Below, one piece after another: positions 44,452-55,054 of a stretch of DNA of 64,000 nt. Both the position numbers and the translations under genes were made by a program. How positions within the stretch are numbered: the stretch's first letter is position 1; each line of letters starts with the position of its first letter. The stretch lies in the IMG/VR virus record IMGVR_UViG_3300012663_000801, positions 32,955-96,954 of that record, one strand, 5' to 3'. The notes below the pieces were generated by a model. That model ran no database searches. It saw only the letters and a list, made by a program, of their open reading frames with translations, and was not told where the DNA came from. Origin of the DNA: a virus.

Positions 44452-45597
44452 TTAAAAATTTCCAAATCCGATAGTTCTTTCTTCGAATGAATTTTTTAAA
44501 GTGTTTTCTTTGTGGTGATTGAATATTTCAGCCAGAGTCATCTCTTCTTGAATTTTAACATCCAACTCACAGTGGTCTGATAATCTCTGGCCATCTTTGA
44601 TGGAAAGTTTCCCAAAATGATATTCGTAATAAAGTCTACCCTTTCGCATTAATGCTGGGTCGATCTTTTTCAAATCACAATTGAAAGTGCAGATGATACG
44701 CATCTTCATACAATCTCGAAGAAATCCATCCGTCATACCAAGGATATTCTGAGTGCCAGAATTTCTATCAATCGACAAGATTTCTTCCGCATCTTCGATC
44801 AACAAAATACATCCACGATTTTCCAACATGAAGGATACGAATGTTGGCTGTGATATAACCGAAACCATCGACGGTGGAATGTAGATGACATCATCGACAC
44901 ATTCTGTGATCAGATTCTTGATCAAATTAGATTTTCCACTGCCGGGGACTCCGTGTAGAAGCATCAAACTCTCAGGATGCTCCTCCTTGACAAAATTTAC
45001 AATTTTTTCATATGGGAAAGATTCACCATAATACAAATCATATCTGTTATCCTTGATTTCAATATTATTGAAAGTTGTCTTCTGCTTATAAAGACCTTGT
45101 GGTCCCTGAGCAATCATATAAAAATTCTTCTCGGAATCAGGAACAAATAAGACATTTAAATCGGCAATTTCTTCTAAAAATTGCTCGATCAACTTCTTAT
45201 TTTTAAGCAAAGGACAGAAGTATACAGAGAACACATTATTATCATAGCTAGTGATCAGATCTTCATCATCACTTTTACTGATCTTATTTTGGCGCAATCC
45301 AAAATTACAACGAACCATCATATATAGAGATTCATTGAAATAATATGCCGATTTGAAATCATTGATTTTGTATTGCTTTACAACATCGAAACCCCATTTT
45401 TTCAAAAATTCGTGTGTCTCGTTGATCTGTTGAATATCGATTAGATAATCATCCAAGCTGATCGTATTCAGAGATATGTTACCGAATTTTTGTTCGAATT
45501 CTTGCGGATATTCGGAAATATTTTTGAATTGGCCGATGGAATTTATCCAATAGGTTTTCTCCAAAGACTTATTAACAATTTCTTTTAATTTGCTCAT
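44452..45597 (-). CDS. AAA+ ATPase
   Basis: GVPGSGKS, LLIEDAE, IDPALMRKGRL. Confidence 0.9.
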   Translation of the reverse strand: MSKLKEIVNKSLEKTYWINSIGQFKNISEYPQEFEQKFGNISLNTISLDDYLIDIQQINETHEFLKKWGFDVVKQYKINDFKSAYYFNESLYMMVRCNFGLRQNKISKSDDEDLITSYDNNVFSVYFCPLLKNKKLIEQFLEEIADLNVLFVPDSEKNFYMIAQGPQGLYKQKTTFNNIEIKDNRYDLYYGESFPYEKIVNFVKEEHPESLMLLHGVPGSGKSNLIKNLITECVDDVIYIPPSMVSVISQPTFVSFMLENRGCILLIEDAEEILSIDRNSGTQNILGMTDGFLRDCMKMRIICTFNCDLKKIDPALMRKGRLYYEYHFGKLSIKDGQRLSDHCELDVKIQEEMTLAEIFNHHKENTLKNSFEERTIGFGNF

Positions 45598-45617
45598 TTC
45601 AATTTTTTATATTACAT

Positions 45618-47243
45618 TCAATTAAATCGGTCGAGGAAGAATTTCGGAAGCTTCTTCTTATTCCTATTAATAGCATCGAAAATGCTCCCGTCAAGTATGT
45701 ATGTCTCGCACCAGTCATCGTGAGCGCGAACACTGCGCCCACAAGCCTGAAGTAGAGTCTTCAACATCGCATTTCCATACCAATCCTTATCAATTTTCAT
45801 CAATTTCTCCACTCGCACATCCTTCGTAGGCAGCCATGGTGCTTTGAGAATGATTTGGAAGCGTGACAGATCACCTTTCAGGTCCACGCCATACGTCATC
45901 GATGGTGACACCAAAATAGTAGGTTCATCGGATGATTCGTGTATTTCTAATAATTGTTCATTATTCACCCCAGCTTCTCTACAAAGCAAACGGTCAGATT
46001 TTATATTTTCTCGAATATAATCAGCCAAATACTGAGTGTGAGTATGGATGATTCCCTTCTCATTGGAATGATGTTCCATGATTCCTTTGATCTGTTTCAT
46101 CAAAGTTGGGAGCATGGACTTCAGATTTGAGAAATTCAATTTCTGCTTTGCCATGATATGGATCGGCGATTTTTCTGGATTGAAATCAGTTCCAATGTGG
46201 ATATATTCAAAATCGGTGATACCGAGAGCCTTACAGTAAGCACTAGGATCGATAATGGTTGCCGAAAGAATGACAACCTTCTCGGCATATTGGAACAAAT
46301 ATTTGGAGAGGACATCTACTTTCAATGGAATGAATCGGATGTTATTTTCCAATCTCTCGACGATGTAATCGCTGTCGTAAAAGGTTTCAACCAACAATGC
46401 CAGAGAATTTTGCAGATTCGACAATTTCGTATACTCCTGCTTCTTTTTATTGAAAGTAATAATATCCTTTTTACTACTATTCTCCCCGAACCAATTTTTA
46501 TATTCCTCTACAGAATTGGTCACGCTCTCTGAAATTTTACTGACCCATGCCAACACTTTGGTTTTATTCTTATCATCGTTGGGGAACGGTGTCACCATAG
46601 TTTGGGTCTTCATAAGAAATGGGATGTCCACTTCACAGGTGAATTGACCAACTAATTGTTCCTCCAATTCCGATCCTTCATCACAAACAATGATCTGTCT
46701 CTTCTTGAGATGGCTCGGGAGAGAGAAGAACATACTATAATTCAATGCAGAGAATTTTGATGTGAGCATATCATTACGAGAATTGTAGTATGGGCAACGA
46801 TTCGCCTTCCAACATTCATTCTTCTGTGTTGCCACGTAGATGCAAGGAGCAACATCAACTGACAATGTATCGTCCACATCACACTGATAATTACTCTTAC
46901 CCTTCAAGACTCCTGTATCATCGAAAGTATTCTGATACTGGTCTTGAAGGGATTTGGTGATCGTCAAAGAGTAGCAACCAAACGGTTCGAAATCTTCGAC
47001 TAATTCTCCTCCATTATCGGCAAATACACTGTAATTTTTGACGAGTCGTTCGAATTCGACAGGCACATCTCTGGATACATTTCCAAGAGTTTTCGCCAAG
47101 TGTGTTTTACCAACACCCGTATCGGCGTGAACGATCACAAATTTTTTCCCATTCTCGAATGCCTTTTCGATGGCATTGAGCGCCTGAGCCTGCTTGTCAC
47201 GAGGGCTAAATCCCTCTGGAAAGTTTAAGATTAAATTATTCAT
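45618..47243 (-). CDS. DinG/XPD-like SF2 helicase
   Basis: ADTGVGKT, LKGKSNYQC, Cys cluster CPYY, VCDEG, LSATI, QACGRSVR. Confidence 0.9.
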   Translation of the reverse strand: MNNLILNFPEGFSPRDKQAQALNAIEKAFENGKKFVIVHADTGVGKTHLAKTLGNVSRDVPVEFERLVKNYSVFADNGGELVEDFEPFGCYSLTITKSLQDQYQNTFDDTGVLKGKSNYQCDVDDTLSVDVAPCIYVATQKNECWKANRCPYYNSRNDMLTSKFSALNYSMFFSLPSHLKKRQIIVCDEGSELEEQLVGQFTCEVDIPFLMKTQTMVTPFPNDDKNKTKVLAWVSKISESVTNSVEEYKNWFGENSSKKDIITFNKKKQEYTKLSNLQNSLALLVETFYDSDYIVERLENNIRFIPLKVDVLSKYLFQYAEKVVILSATIIDPSAYCKALGITDFEYIHIGTDFNPEKSPIHIMAKQKLNFSNLKSMLPTLMKQIKGIMEHHSNEKGIIHTHTQYLADYIRENIKSDRLLCREAGVNNEQLLEIHESSDEPTILVSPSMTYGVDLKGDLSRFQIILKAPWLPTKDVRVEKLMKIDKDWYGNAMLKTLLQACGRSVRAHDDWCETYILDGSIFDAINRNKKKLPKFFLDRFN

Positions 47244-47309
47244 ATTTTACGTTTTACATCAAACTCGCACTATTCGGTTCCTTCATGGAAGGGAGAATAC
47301 CAGAATCGA

Positions 47310-47639
47310 TCAGGATGTCAAGACGTAAAGATAATTGTCGAAAAATTTGGATGCGTCCGATTTGTTGATCGCTTTCATTTTCCAATAAACCTCTTCAGTT
47401 CTTGGGCAAAATGCGCTCAGAGCGTAATCAAAAATAAATCCATTATCAGTCACTTTGACATCGTATGGGTAGGAGAGTTCCCATTCTTTGACCTCCCCAT
47501 CTTCCTCAATTTTGAATCTTACAAAATTTTGTTTCGTGTTGAACATTTGTATTTTACCCGACTTGATAGTTCGGGAATTCAGCACAAATTTCACATCGCG
47601 GAAAATTATTTTTTTTAAATATTCTTCAATTCTATTCAT
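47310..47639 (-). CDS. Hypothetical protein, 109 aa
   Basis: ATGA-coupled ORF. Confidence 0.75.
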   Translation of the reverse strand: MNRIEEYLKKIIFRDVKFVLNSRTIKSGKIQMFNTKQNFVRFKIEEDGEVKEWELSYPYDVKVTDNGFIFDYALSAFCPRTEEVYWKMKAINKSDASKFFDNYLYVLTS

Positions 47640-48049
47640 TGATAAGTATCGAGATTTAGTTCAATGTCCATGTATCGCATTTTTTCATTTGGACTCATTG
47701 GAAATATATTTTCATTGAAAAATTTCCAAAAGTTGTCGTCTGCTGGGATTTTTTGAACGAGATAGCACATGTCCATTGAGACATTTCTGTAATCTTGCAT
47801 GAAAATGTCCCATGTGACGACTAGATTATGTTTGCGTTCGTCAACTTTTTTGGGTTCAAAGGAACCCGAATAATTTAATACTCTCAGACCATTTTCCGAT
47901 CTAAGAATTTCCATACTGTTCGTGCAAAGCATCTGACGTAACTCCGGTCGTCCCGGTGCGCGTTCAGGTCGCCTACGAACAATCAATAAATCGCAAATAT
48001 TACTTTTCAGTAATCTTTGCAATTCAGTTCTTTTTATTAATTTCAGCAT
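47636..48049 (-). CDS. SH3/WYL-like fold protein
   Basis: RQMLCT...LVVTWDIFMQDYRNV. Confidence 0.55.
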   Translation of the reverse strand: MLKLIKRTELQRLLKSNICDLLIVRRRPERAPGRPELRQMLCTNSMEILRSENGLRVLNYSGSFEPKKVDERKHNLVVTWDIFMQDYRNVSMDMCYLVQKIPADDNFWKFFNENIFPMSPNEKMRYMDIELNLDTYQ

Positions 48050-48452
48050 TTATTTCACAAACGCCAAACATGCGTTGCTCGTTCAAGAACAGACCGTTCT
48101 TCACTTTTCCATGACCCGTCACTTCCAAATTGGTGATCGGGATACCCATATTATTAGGGAACACTACGATATCACCGACTTCAGTGTATCGAACATTTGG
48201 GCCTTTGAGGATAACTTTACCCTTTCTCCAAGCGTTATGAACTTGGGCGACAGGGATTGCGATACCTCCACGTAAAATATAATCACCCGTTTCTTCGCCT
48301 GTGACCAAATCGCAATACTCAAGGAGCATCACATCATCGAAAAGCTTCGATAAACTATAATCATCCAAACCAAAATCACTAGGCAGTGCCTTATCACTGA
48401 GATCGATATGGGACTTTTGGGTAGCTAAAACATCAATTGATACGTTCGACAT
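48024..48452 (-). CDS. GroES-like co-chaperonin
   Basis: RGGIAIP, GKVILKGPNV..TEVGDIVVFP, FLNEQRMFG. Confidence 0.8.
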   Translation of the reverse strand: MSNVSIDVLATQKSHIDLSDKALPSDFGLDDYSLSKLFDDVMLLEYCDLVTGEETGDYILRGGIAIPVAQVHNAWRKGKVILKGPNVRYTEVGDIVVFPNNMGIPITNLEVTGHGKVKNGLFLNEQRMFGVCEINAEINKKN

Positions 48453-48473
48453 GAAAGTATTTATTGATGTTAT

Positions 48474-49232
48474 TTATTTGTCAATGGATATTTGACAATT
48501 TCCACCATGCTTGACCTTAAACGGTGTATTGATTTGTCTGTAGTGGTGGACCAAATCATGGATCATATTCAATTTATCATAATCAGGTTCTATCCAGTAA
48601 TGACCTCCTTCTAATTTCATATCCACTAATTGTTGGTGGGCTATTTTATCTATAGTGTCATGAGGGATGCATGATAAATGATAATTGACACCACCAAAAT
48701 GGTATACAAAATCGATATTATCTTTATCATTTTCTTCTAATAAGATATTACGATTTTTCAAATCATCATAAATTTTGCCGTCATCTGCCCTAGAATTCTT
48801 TAAAATTTTATATCCACCGACATTATACCACTCTTCTTTTTTAAAAGAAATTGAATTTGGGGCTGAGATATCTATTAAAAATTTATCACCATATATCATG
48901 TAACATGGCACATTTCTGTAAGCTTTGTTATCACTATATTTTGAAATATGATTGCTAATTCGGTTCGGTAGAAAAATATCATCATCGTCCAATGGTAATA
49001 TTAAATCGTAATTACCAACAGAGACGCCGATATTTCTCTTCTCCGCGACTGTCATTTTCTTGTTACAATTTATAACAGTCACGTTCGAATAATCGCAATG
49101 TAGTGTCACATTTTTATCATCATTAATGATGACTAAATGTTTATCATCCCAGTCCTGTGACAAGAAAGACGCCAGCATCCTTCCCAAGTAAGGAATCCTA
49201 CCATATGTGGGACATACAACAAGACTTTTCAT
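48474..49232 (-). CDS. GT2 glycosyltransferase
   Basis: VVCPTYGR, VIINDD, KRNIG, LDDDD. Confidence 0.9.
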   Translation of the reverse strand: MKSLVVCPTYGRIPYLGRMLASFLSQDWDDKHLVIINDDKNVTLHCDYSNVTVINCNKKMTVAEKRNIGVSVGNYDLILPLDDDDIFLPNRISNHISKYSDNKAYRNVPCYMIYGDKFLIDISAPNSISFKKEEWYNVGGYKILKNSRADDGKIYDDLKNRNILLEENDKDNIDFVYHFGGVNYHLSCIPHDTIDKIAHQQLVDMKLEGGHYWIEPDYDKLNMIHDLVHHYRQINTPFKVKHGGNCQISIDK

Positions 49233-49489
49233 TTTTCTCTTCTTTTAGAAATATAATTGATATTTTTCCTCTTCAGTTTCGGGATGATGTTTTCAAAGAA
49301 ACGAAATCTTTCTTCATCAGTGTCGAATATTTCCGAATACTTGTTCACAGTCTCATTGGCATAATTCAACAGATCACCATCATAGAAACTCAAATATCGA
49401 GTCACCATGTATGGAGAAAATTCTGCCAGTAATTCATTGGTCATTTCACCCTTTTTATCGAAAAGAATGTGATTTATTGCATTAAACAT
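49229..49489 (-). CDS. gp62-like clamp loader small subunit
   Basis: FSPYMVTRYLS...IPK.KRK..YI. Confidence 0.55.
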   Translation of the reverse strand: MFNAINHILFDKKGEMTNELLAEFSPYMVTRYLSFYDGDLLNYANETVNKYSEIFDTDEERFRFFENIIPKLKRKNINYISKRREK

Positions 49490-50222
49490 CGTGTTTTATA
49501 ATTTTATCGTGATAAATGTCAGTAGCTTCACTATTATTCACGAACCACTTAGAAGGGAAATAAGATGTTTTATTACCGATCAGAGCAGCCCACCAAGAAA
49601 AAGTAGAGTTACTACCAACAAGTGTATCACACCTCGTCATACATGCAAGCTCTTTAATATCTGAATCCGATTTCAATATATCAAATTTATAATTGGAGAA
49701 TTCGTTCGCTACGTGATCAGGATCATCGGTAAATACCTTGATGTCCCTGTCTTTAAATTTTTCAAAGAAATGTTCGAAATATTCTGTATGACAGACATGG
49801 TGTATAGTTGGATACTTCAAATAATCACCTCGTCTAATATGAAGACCTACATCAATTTTCAAATCATTACTGATTTCAGGTAGGTTCAATAAAGATATAA
49901 ATTCTTTCTTGACATCTTCGAAATATTTTAAGGATTGGAAATATCCGTGTAATGAGACATCCCCAGAATGATATGGTAATTGGTCATAATTGAATCTCTT
50001 TTCTTGTATTCTCGTTACATCTGTAGTTGTGTAATTCCCATATTCAAAATTCTTAAAGATGGTGTCTTTGTATACCAAAGGATTGGTGCCTTGACCTGCG
50101 AACCAATTATAAGGATTTATGATTAATTTTTTACCATATTTTTCGGCATAGGCGTATCCAGCAGCTATTTGAAATAGCTGATTACCCACGCCACCGATGA
50201 CATTTACATAACAATTATTCAT
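49482..50222 (-). CDS. GT11 alpha-1,2-fucosyltransferase-like
   Basis: GGVGNQLFQ, GYFQS, HIRRGDY, NSTFSWWAA. Confidence 0.92.
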   Translation of the reverse strand: MNNCYVNVIGGVGNQLFQIAAGYAYAEKYGKKLIINPYNWFAGQGTNPLVYKDTIFKNFEYGNYTTTDVTRIQEKRFNYDQLPYHSGDVSLHGYFQSLKYFEDVKKEFISLLNLPEISNDLKIDVGLHIRRGDYLKYPTIHHVCHTEYFEHFFEKFKDRDIKVFTDDPDHVANEFSNYKFDILKSDSDIKELACMTRCDTLVGSNSTFSWWAALIGNKTSYFPSKWFVNNSEATDIYHDKIIKHDV

Positions 50223-51204
50223 AATTTTTCAATTTCAACATTACATGTTTTACTGCCATCCACATATCCAAATATTTGTATTGTGCGAGGCGACCGATGA
50301 ATATTATCCCTTTTTCCTTTTTTGTCAATTCTTCATATTTGGAATAAATCGAATTTCCTTCTCCAAATGGAATTGGGTAAAATGGTATGTCGTCTCTGTT
50401 CGCTTGTCTAGGATATTCATCAGTCACTAAAGTATTTTTACCATCATGCTCATAATTGAAAATACTATGATCATATGTTCTAGTATGTGATACTAAGTCG
50501 TTACATTCATTCACAACTGGATAATGTAATGGCTCATCATGGACAGTATGTTTGAAATCTAATGTTCTATAAGGTAGTTCGCCGTAACAATAATCATAAT
50601 ATTCATCAATTTTTCCAGTATAAATTACTAAATCGGCATCATATTTTTCCCAATAATTTTTTTCAACGCTCAAATGGACATCTACCCCTTCTAACATTTT
50701 TTCAAACATTTTGGTGTATCCTTCTTTCGGGATGCATTGATATTTTTGTCCTTCAAACCATGTCGGGTCTTCAGAATCTTTGGTTTTGGGTATTCTATTT
50801 GTAATCGTTTTTGGTATATTATCAAACGGGACACCCCATTGCTTCTCTGAATAATCTTTGAAAATATTTTCAACAATTTCTTCTTGTGATAACTCTCTAC
50901 CCAATTCCTTAACAGTTTTTTTACTATAAGGGATAGATATCATACCTAATCGAGTAGCAGCCTTTGGTTGATATTTAAAATCGAACCATTCGGTATATTG
51001 AGAAAGGAATTTGAAAACTTCTTCATCATCTGTATGAAAAATGTGCGGGCCATATTTGTGATACAACATTCCGAAAATTTTAGCATCTGCACAATTTCCT
51101 CCAATATGATTTCGTGTATCGAAAATTTTTATCTCATGCTTATGCTTCAGCAAAGCAGCCGCAGTGATGCCAGATAATCCGCAACCAACAATATTAATTT
51201 TCAT
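50215..51204 (-). CDS. glf: UDP-galactopyranose mutase
   Basis: GCGLSG, HIGGN, HKYGPHIFHT, LPYRTL, GRLAQYKYLDM. Confidence 0.95.
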   Translation of the reverse strand: MKINIVGCGLSGITAAALLKHKHEIKIFDTRNHIGGNCADAKIFGMLYHKYGPHIFHTDDEEVFKFLSQYTEWFDFKYQPKAATRLGMISIPYSKKTVKELGRELSQEEIVENIFKDYSEKQWGVPFDNIPKTITNRIPKTKDSEDPTWFEGQKYQCIPKEGYTKMFEKMLEGVDVHLSVEKNYWEKYDADLVIYTGKIDEYYDYCYGELPYRTLDFKHTVHDEPLHYPVVNECNDLVSHTRTYDHSIFNYEHDGKNTLVTDEYPRQANRDDIPFYPIPFGEGNSIYSKYEELTKKEKGIIFIGRLAQYKYLDMWMAVKHVMLKLKNYE

Positions 51205-51236
51205 TATTTTATATCAATATTTTTATATCACAGAAT

Positions 51237-51875
51237 TCATGGTAAATACTTATGAAATCCGAAAGGTGTGATACCAACACATTCGAGTGTTTTAATTTCT
51301 TGTGAAAAATGTGCAGCGATTTCTGGTGTCGGATATTTACAACCCCATTGCTCAAGAATATGCTTGTTATGTATGGCGACGAAACCATCTTCATTATAAA
51401 AACCATAATATGGTTTCCATTCGAGATTAAGTTTTTTCGGAAGTGACATCAATTTCTTGCTACGAAAAGAAAATCCACCGTTTCCAACACGGACAATATT
51501 ATTGAAAGGATCACGATAAGAAAAATTATCATTTGGTAGGGGCCAAGGAGCACCGATATAATCATATTTATAAAATTCATCAGACCATTTATCAGGATTG
51601 ATGATCCACCCGTCATGCTGCACTGTTATAGCAAACTCGGTATCAATATAATCTGCCAAATCATAAACCATGAAACGACTATACTCATCAACATTCGACA
51701 TTTTAGGAATTTGATAAACATCTACACCTTTTTTTTCACAATTCACATCGGTTAATAATTTTACCGAATTGAATTTTAATCCTTTACAACTATCCACCAA
51801 AGCATTTAAAGTCTCTTCGATTTTGACACTTGTCACCGCAACTAATGTTATGTTATCTAAATTTATTTTATCCAC
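51237..51875 (-). CDS. DUF5672 glycosyltransferase-like protein
   Basis: VQHDGW, YDYIGAPW, VGNGGFSFRSKK, NEDGF, FGFH. Confidence 0.85.
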   Translation of the reverse strand: MDKINLDNITLVAVTSVKIEETLNALVDSCKGLKFNSVKLLTDVNCEKKGVDVYQIPKMSNVDEYSRFMVYDLADYIDTEFAITVQHDGWIINPDKWSDEFYKYDYIGAPWPLPNDNFSYRDPFNNIVRVGNGGFSFRSKKLMSLPKKLNLEWKPYYGFYNEDGFVAIHNKHILEQWGCKYPTPEIAAHFSQEIKTLECVGITPFGFHKYLP

Positions 51876-52651
51876 TTTTTATATTTTGGTTTATTATTTA
51901 CGATATATTCGGGAAATCTGGCATCCAGTTCAACTATGGAATGATTTACATATCTACCAAATAAATCTATATTATTATTCAAAGAATTTTGAATATTTTG
52001 TTTAATACCATCATTATTAAATTCTTGATGAGAAAAAGATTCTAATTTATATTTAATTTGCTCTTCCCCGCCAATATAAGAAAAATGCCAACCCGCATTT
52101 CTGATCACAGTGCTTGATAATTTGTTAAAAATTTCTGTTGATTCTCTGATATCATCTATACTTCTTTTAGTTAAAATCGATTTACCACAAGCTCTGGTTC
52201 CGAACCAATTTGATGTTTTAAAATTATTTAAATAATACATGAACATATCTTGCTGAAAATGATATAATTCATTTTTATCAAACCATTTATCAACATTTTC
52301 TAAGATTTTTAATGATGGGATCTCATCAACATCACTGGTGAGTATGAGATCATCATCTGTTGATATTTTTTCGATTGCTTCCCATTGTGAATTTCTTTGC
52401 CAAATTTCGCGATCCCATGTAACTGCGATATCCGAGGGAATTGAAACTGGATTATAAATAATCTTTTCTTCAAATTTCTCAAAAAGATTTCTATGTTTCT
52501 CCAGAAATAATTCTTTAGAATTACCTGAAAATGTATTATCTGATTCTGTGATCACGAAATAATCAACATGATTTTTGAGGATATTCAACCGCATATCCAA
52601 AAGATCAATTTCATTGAAAAATAAAAATGCGTCAATTATTTTCATAACCAA
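51863..52651 (-). CDS. GT17 N-acetylglucosaminyltransferase-like
   Basis: DAFLFFNEIDLL, TFSG, SDVDEIP, GWHFSY, KLESFSH. Confidence 0.9.
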   Translation of the reverse strand: MVMKIIDAFLFFNEIDLLDMRLNILKNHVDYFVITESDNTFSGNSKELFLEKHRNLFEKFEEKIIYNPVSIPSDIAVTWDREIWQRNSQWEAIEKISTDDDLILTSDVDEIPSLKILENVDKWFDKNELYHFQQDMFMYYLNNFKTSNWFGTRACGKSILTKRSIDDIRESTEIFNKLSSTVIRNAGWHFSYIGGEEQIKYKLESFSHQEFNNDGIKQNIQNSLNNNIDLFGRYVNHSIVELDARFPEYIVNNKPKYKKWIK

Positions 52652-53583
52652 TAATGAGAATTTTGTTGTTCATAATTTTCCTTTTCTTTCAAACAAACGT
52701 CATAAGATTTTATTTGTCCTTGTCTATTTAAAAAATTCCATCCGGGGATTAAAGCATCACCACAAGACCAATAACCATCAGAATTCTTATAATCACCCCA
52801 ATACATTGGCGCGATTACATTCTCACATCCACCCAACCAAGTGGGCCACCAACTAAAACTGGAGGCGGAAATAATTAAATTTTTAGCATTGTAGATAATT
52901 GTCCAATCCATCCATATTGGACCCCCAATATGATGTCCAGCCTTTCGAGTATCATTTTCCCCCGAGATGGAACCCCCAATAATCTTTACATCTGGACACA
53001 ATTTTTTAGCATATTCGACATCATCAGTTACGATATAAAATATAATATTTGGATTTTTTTCTTTCATATAATCCATTGCATTTCTATAATATTCATCTTG
53101 GAGGAAAGCACTACTACCTAAAAAGTCACCACCTCTGATATGAATAATGCAAATATTTTCATTTGAATATTCTAAAATATTCCTATCAGATTTAATCTTA
53201 ATCCAATCCCTAATTTGATTTCTATGATTTTCAACATAATCATAGGATTGCATGATACCATCTATTTTAGTATTATCTGAAATATTCAATAATATATCAT
53301 CTTTTTTGCTAATATCGATTAAATTTTTAGGATTTCTTGTTAATTTTTCTTTGTAATAATATTGAATATTTTTTGGCAAAGAATTTGGCGGTCCACCTTC
53401 GGGACCATCACCACCAATTACTTCTTCGCCCCAATATAATTGAAGAAATTCTTTACCCTTAAATTTTTCTATTGCCTTGATTCCAAAATCATAACCTTTA
53501 TTTTGCGCTATGATTCTCGTAACAATATAACACCAAAGTTGGTTACCCAATCCTTGTCCATTGTATAATTCAGTTATTATCAT
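52642..53583 (-). CDS. GT11-like glycosyltransferase
   Basis: GLGNQL, HIRGGDF, SSFSWWP. Confidence 0.85.
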   Translation of the reverse strand: MIITELYNGQGLGNQLWCYIVTRIIAQNKGYDFGIKAIEKFKGKEFLQLYWGEEVIGGDGPEGGPPNSLPKNIQYYYKEKLTRNPKNLIDISKKDDILLNISDNTKIDGIMQSYDYVENHRNQIRDWIKIKSDRNILEYSNENICIIHIRGGDFLGSSAFLQDEYYRNAMDYMKEKNPNIIFYIVTDDVEYAKKLCPDVKIIGGSISGENDTRKAGHHIGGPIWMDWTIIYNAKNLIISASSFSWWPTWLGGCENVIAPMYWGDYKNSDGYWSCGDALIPGWNFLNRQGQIKSYDVCLKEKENYEQQNSHYWL

Positions 53584-54209
53584 AAATTTTTATTTTTCAA
53601 TAGAACATCAGTTCTAAAGTCTTGAACGATCTCCCAATTATTACCTAAAAGTTCTTTGATTCTATGCTGATTTGGGGCATTATCATAAAATTCTCTATCA
53701 GAGTATTCAGTGTAAAAATATCTAACACCACTTTCAAACATTTTTTTACCACCTTCAATCAAATAATCTTCAGCACCCTGAACATCAGCCCAAATAAAAT
53801 CGATCAATTGAATTGAATTTTGTTCACAAAATGTGTCAAGAGTGATCGCCCGCACATCAGTGAATTCGTCAAATAAGATATGAGGCCAATTTTGAGTGTG
53901 TTCTTTCGGAGATTTTACTGAACCAGAATATCGATAATCATTATAATCGTGTTGATTCCTCGATCTATTAAATCTGGTCACACCATTTTCTTTGGACACT
54001 GCGCCTTCAAACAACGATACATTATTTGATAAATTTCTATTTTTGAAATGTTGTATATTCGTCGGTTCCGGTTCAAAACAATATAATTTGAAATTTGTAT
54101 CGCCGAAAACATTTACGAAATCTTGCGTATCCCCACCATCGGCACATCCAATTTCAAATAAAATTGGATCATTGACTCCTATAATTTGTTTAATAATATT
54201 TTTATCCAT
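53580..54209 (-). CDS. FkbM-family methyltransferase
   Basis: EIGCADG, CFEPEP, IDFIWADVQGAE. Confidence 0.9.
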   Translation of the reverse strand: MDKNIIKQIIGVNDPILFEIGCADGGDTQDFVNVFGDTNFKLYCFEPEPTNIQHFKNRNLSNNVSLFEGAVSKENGVTRFNRSRNQHDYNDYRYSGSVKSPKEHTQNWPHILFDEFTDVRAITLDTFCEQNSIQLIDFIWADVQGAEDYLIEGGKKMFESGVRYFYTEYSDREFYDNAPNQHRIKELLGNNWEIVQDFRTDVLLKNKNL

Positions 54210-54885
54210 GTTTTTGTTTTATATATTTTAGATCATTTTGCATTTTATCATGAATTAAATGTTGCGTTTGATTCGAATGTGTCATGTTCACCACAGTAAT
54301 ATCACGGAGATACAAAGGTTCGCCCCATGATTTATTCATTCTATAGTAATATTCTACATCTGGCATGTATAAAATGTTTTCATCAAATAAAGTTTCTTTA
54401 CATTCTCGCCTAATCGTAACTACCGATGGGGCAGAATAAGTATTTTCACCATAAAGCATGTTATCGTTCCATACTGGTTGAAATGGTCTTTCTACGTGAA
54501 TTCCATCTTTAGAGTGGCAACATGCTGAAACTAACCACTTTCTATCTGATTTTTTTAAAGCGTCGATTGTTTTTTGTAAAGAAAATTCATCCATGAAATA
54601 ATCATCCTGATACAAAATCTTGATGAAATCACCTGAACAATTTTTCAAAACATTATTAGTATTGCAGGAATGATTACCTCTATTCGGTTCTCTGAAATAT
54701 TTCAGACCATTAACCGGAGAAATCTTCAAGAAATTTTCAATATCATAATCTAAGCTTTGATCAGAAACAATAATTTCCAAATCAAAATTAATTTTTTGTG
54801 ATAATATTGAACAAAGATTTTTTTGGAGAAATTTCACCCCCTCACCTTTCATATCATAAACTGGAACTGCCAGAGACACAATCAT
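54202..54885 (-). CDS. GT2 glycosyltransferase
   Basis: AVPVY, IIVSDQS, KILYQDD. Confidence 0.88.
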   Translation of the reverse strand: MIVSLAVPVYDMKGEGVKFLQKNLCSILSQKINFDLEIIVSDQSLDYDIENFLKISPVNGLKYFREPNRGNHSCNTNNVLKNCSGDFIKILYQDDYFMDEFSLQKTIDALKKSDRKWLVSACCHSKDGIHVERPFQPVWNDNMLYGENTYSAPSVVTIRRECKETLFDENILYMPDVEYYYRMNKSWGEPLYLRDITVVNMTHSNQTQHLIHDKMQNDLKYIKQKHG

Positions 54886-54886
54886 A

Positions 54887-55054
54887 TCAAATATTCCAAG
54901 AATTAATGTTTTGTTTTATAAGGATATTATCAACGCCATGAACAATAAATTCATCGTGTTTGTGATTCTCGTGATAATATGAATGTTTTCCTCTCACAGT
55001 GTTTTCGTGTAGTAGACGCCATGTGCATAATAATAATTCTGGTTTACTTGTCAT
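54887..55054 (-). CDS. 55-aa ORF resembling C-terminus of the upstream glycosyltransferase
   Basis: CTWRLLHENTVR vs ICWHLRHENTIR; ATGA-coupled; absent from track. Confidence 0.55.
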   Translation of the reverse strand: MTSKPELLLCTWRLLHENTVRGKHSYYHENHKHDEFIVHGVDNILIKQNINSWNI

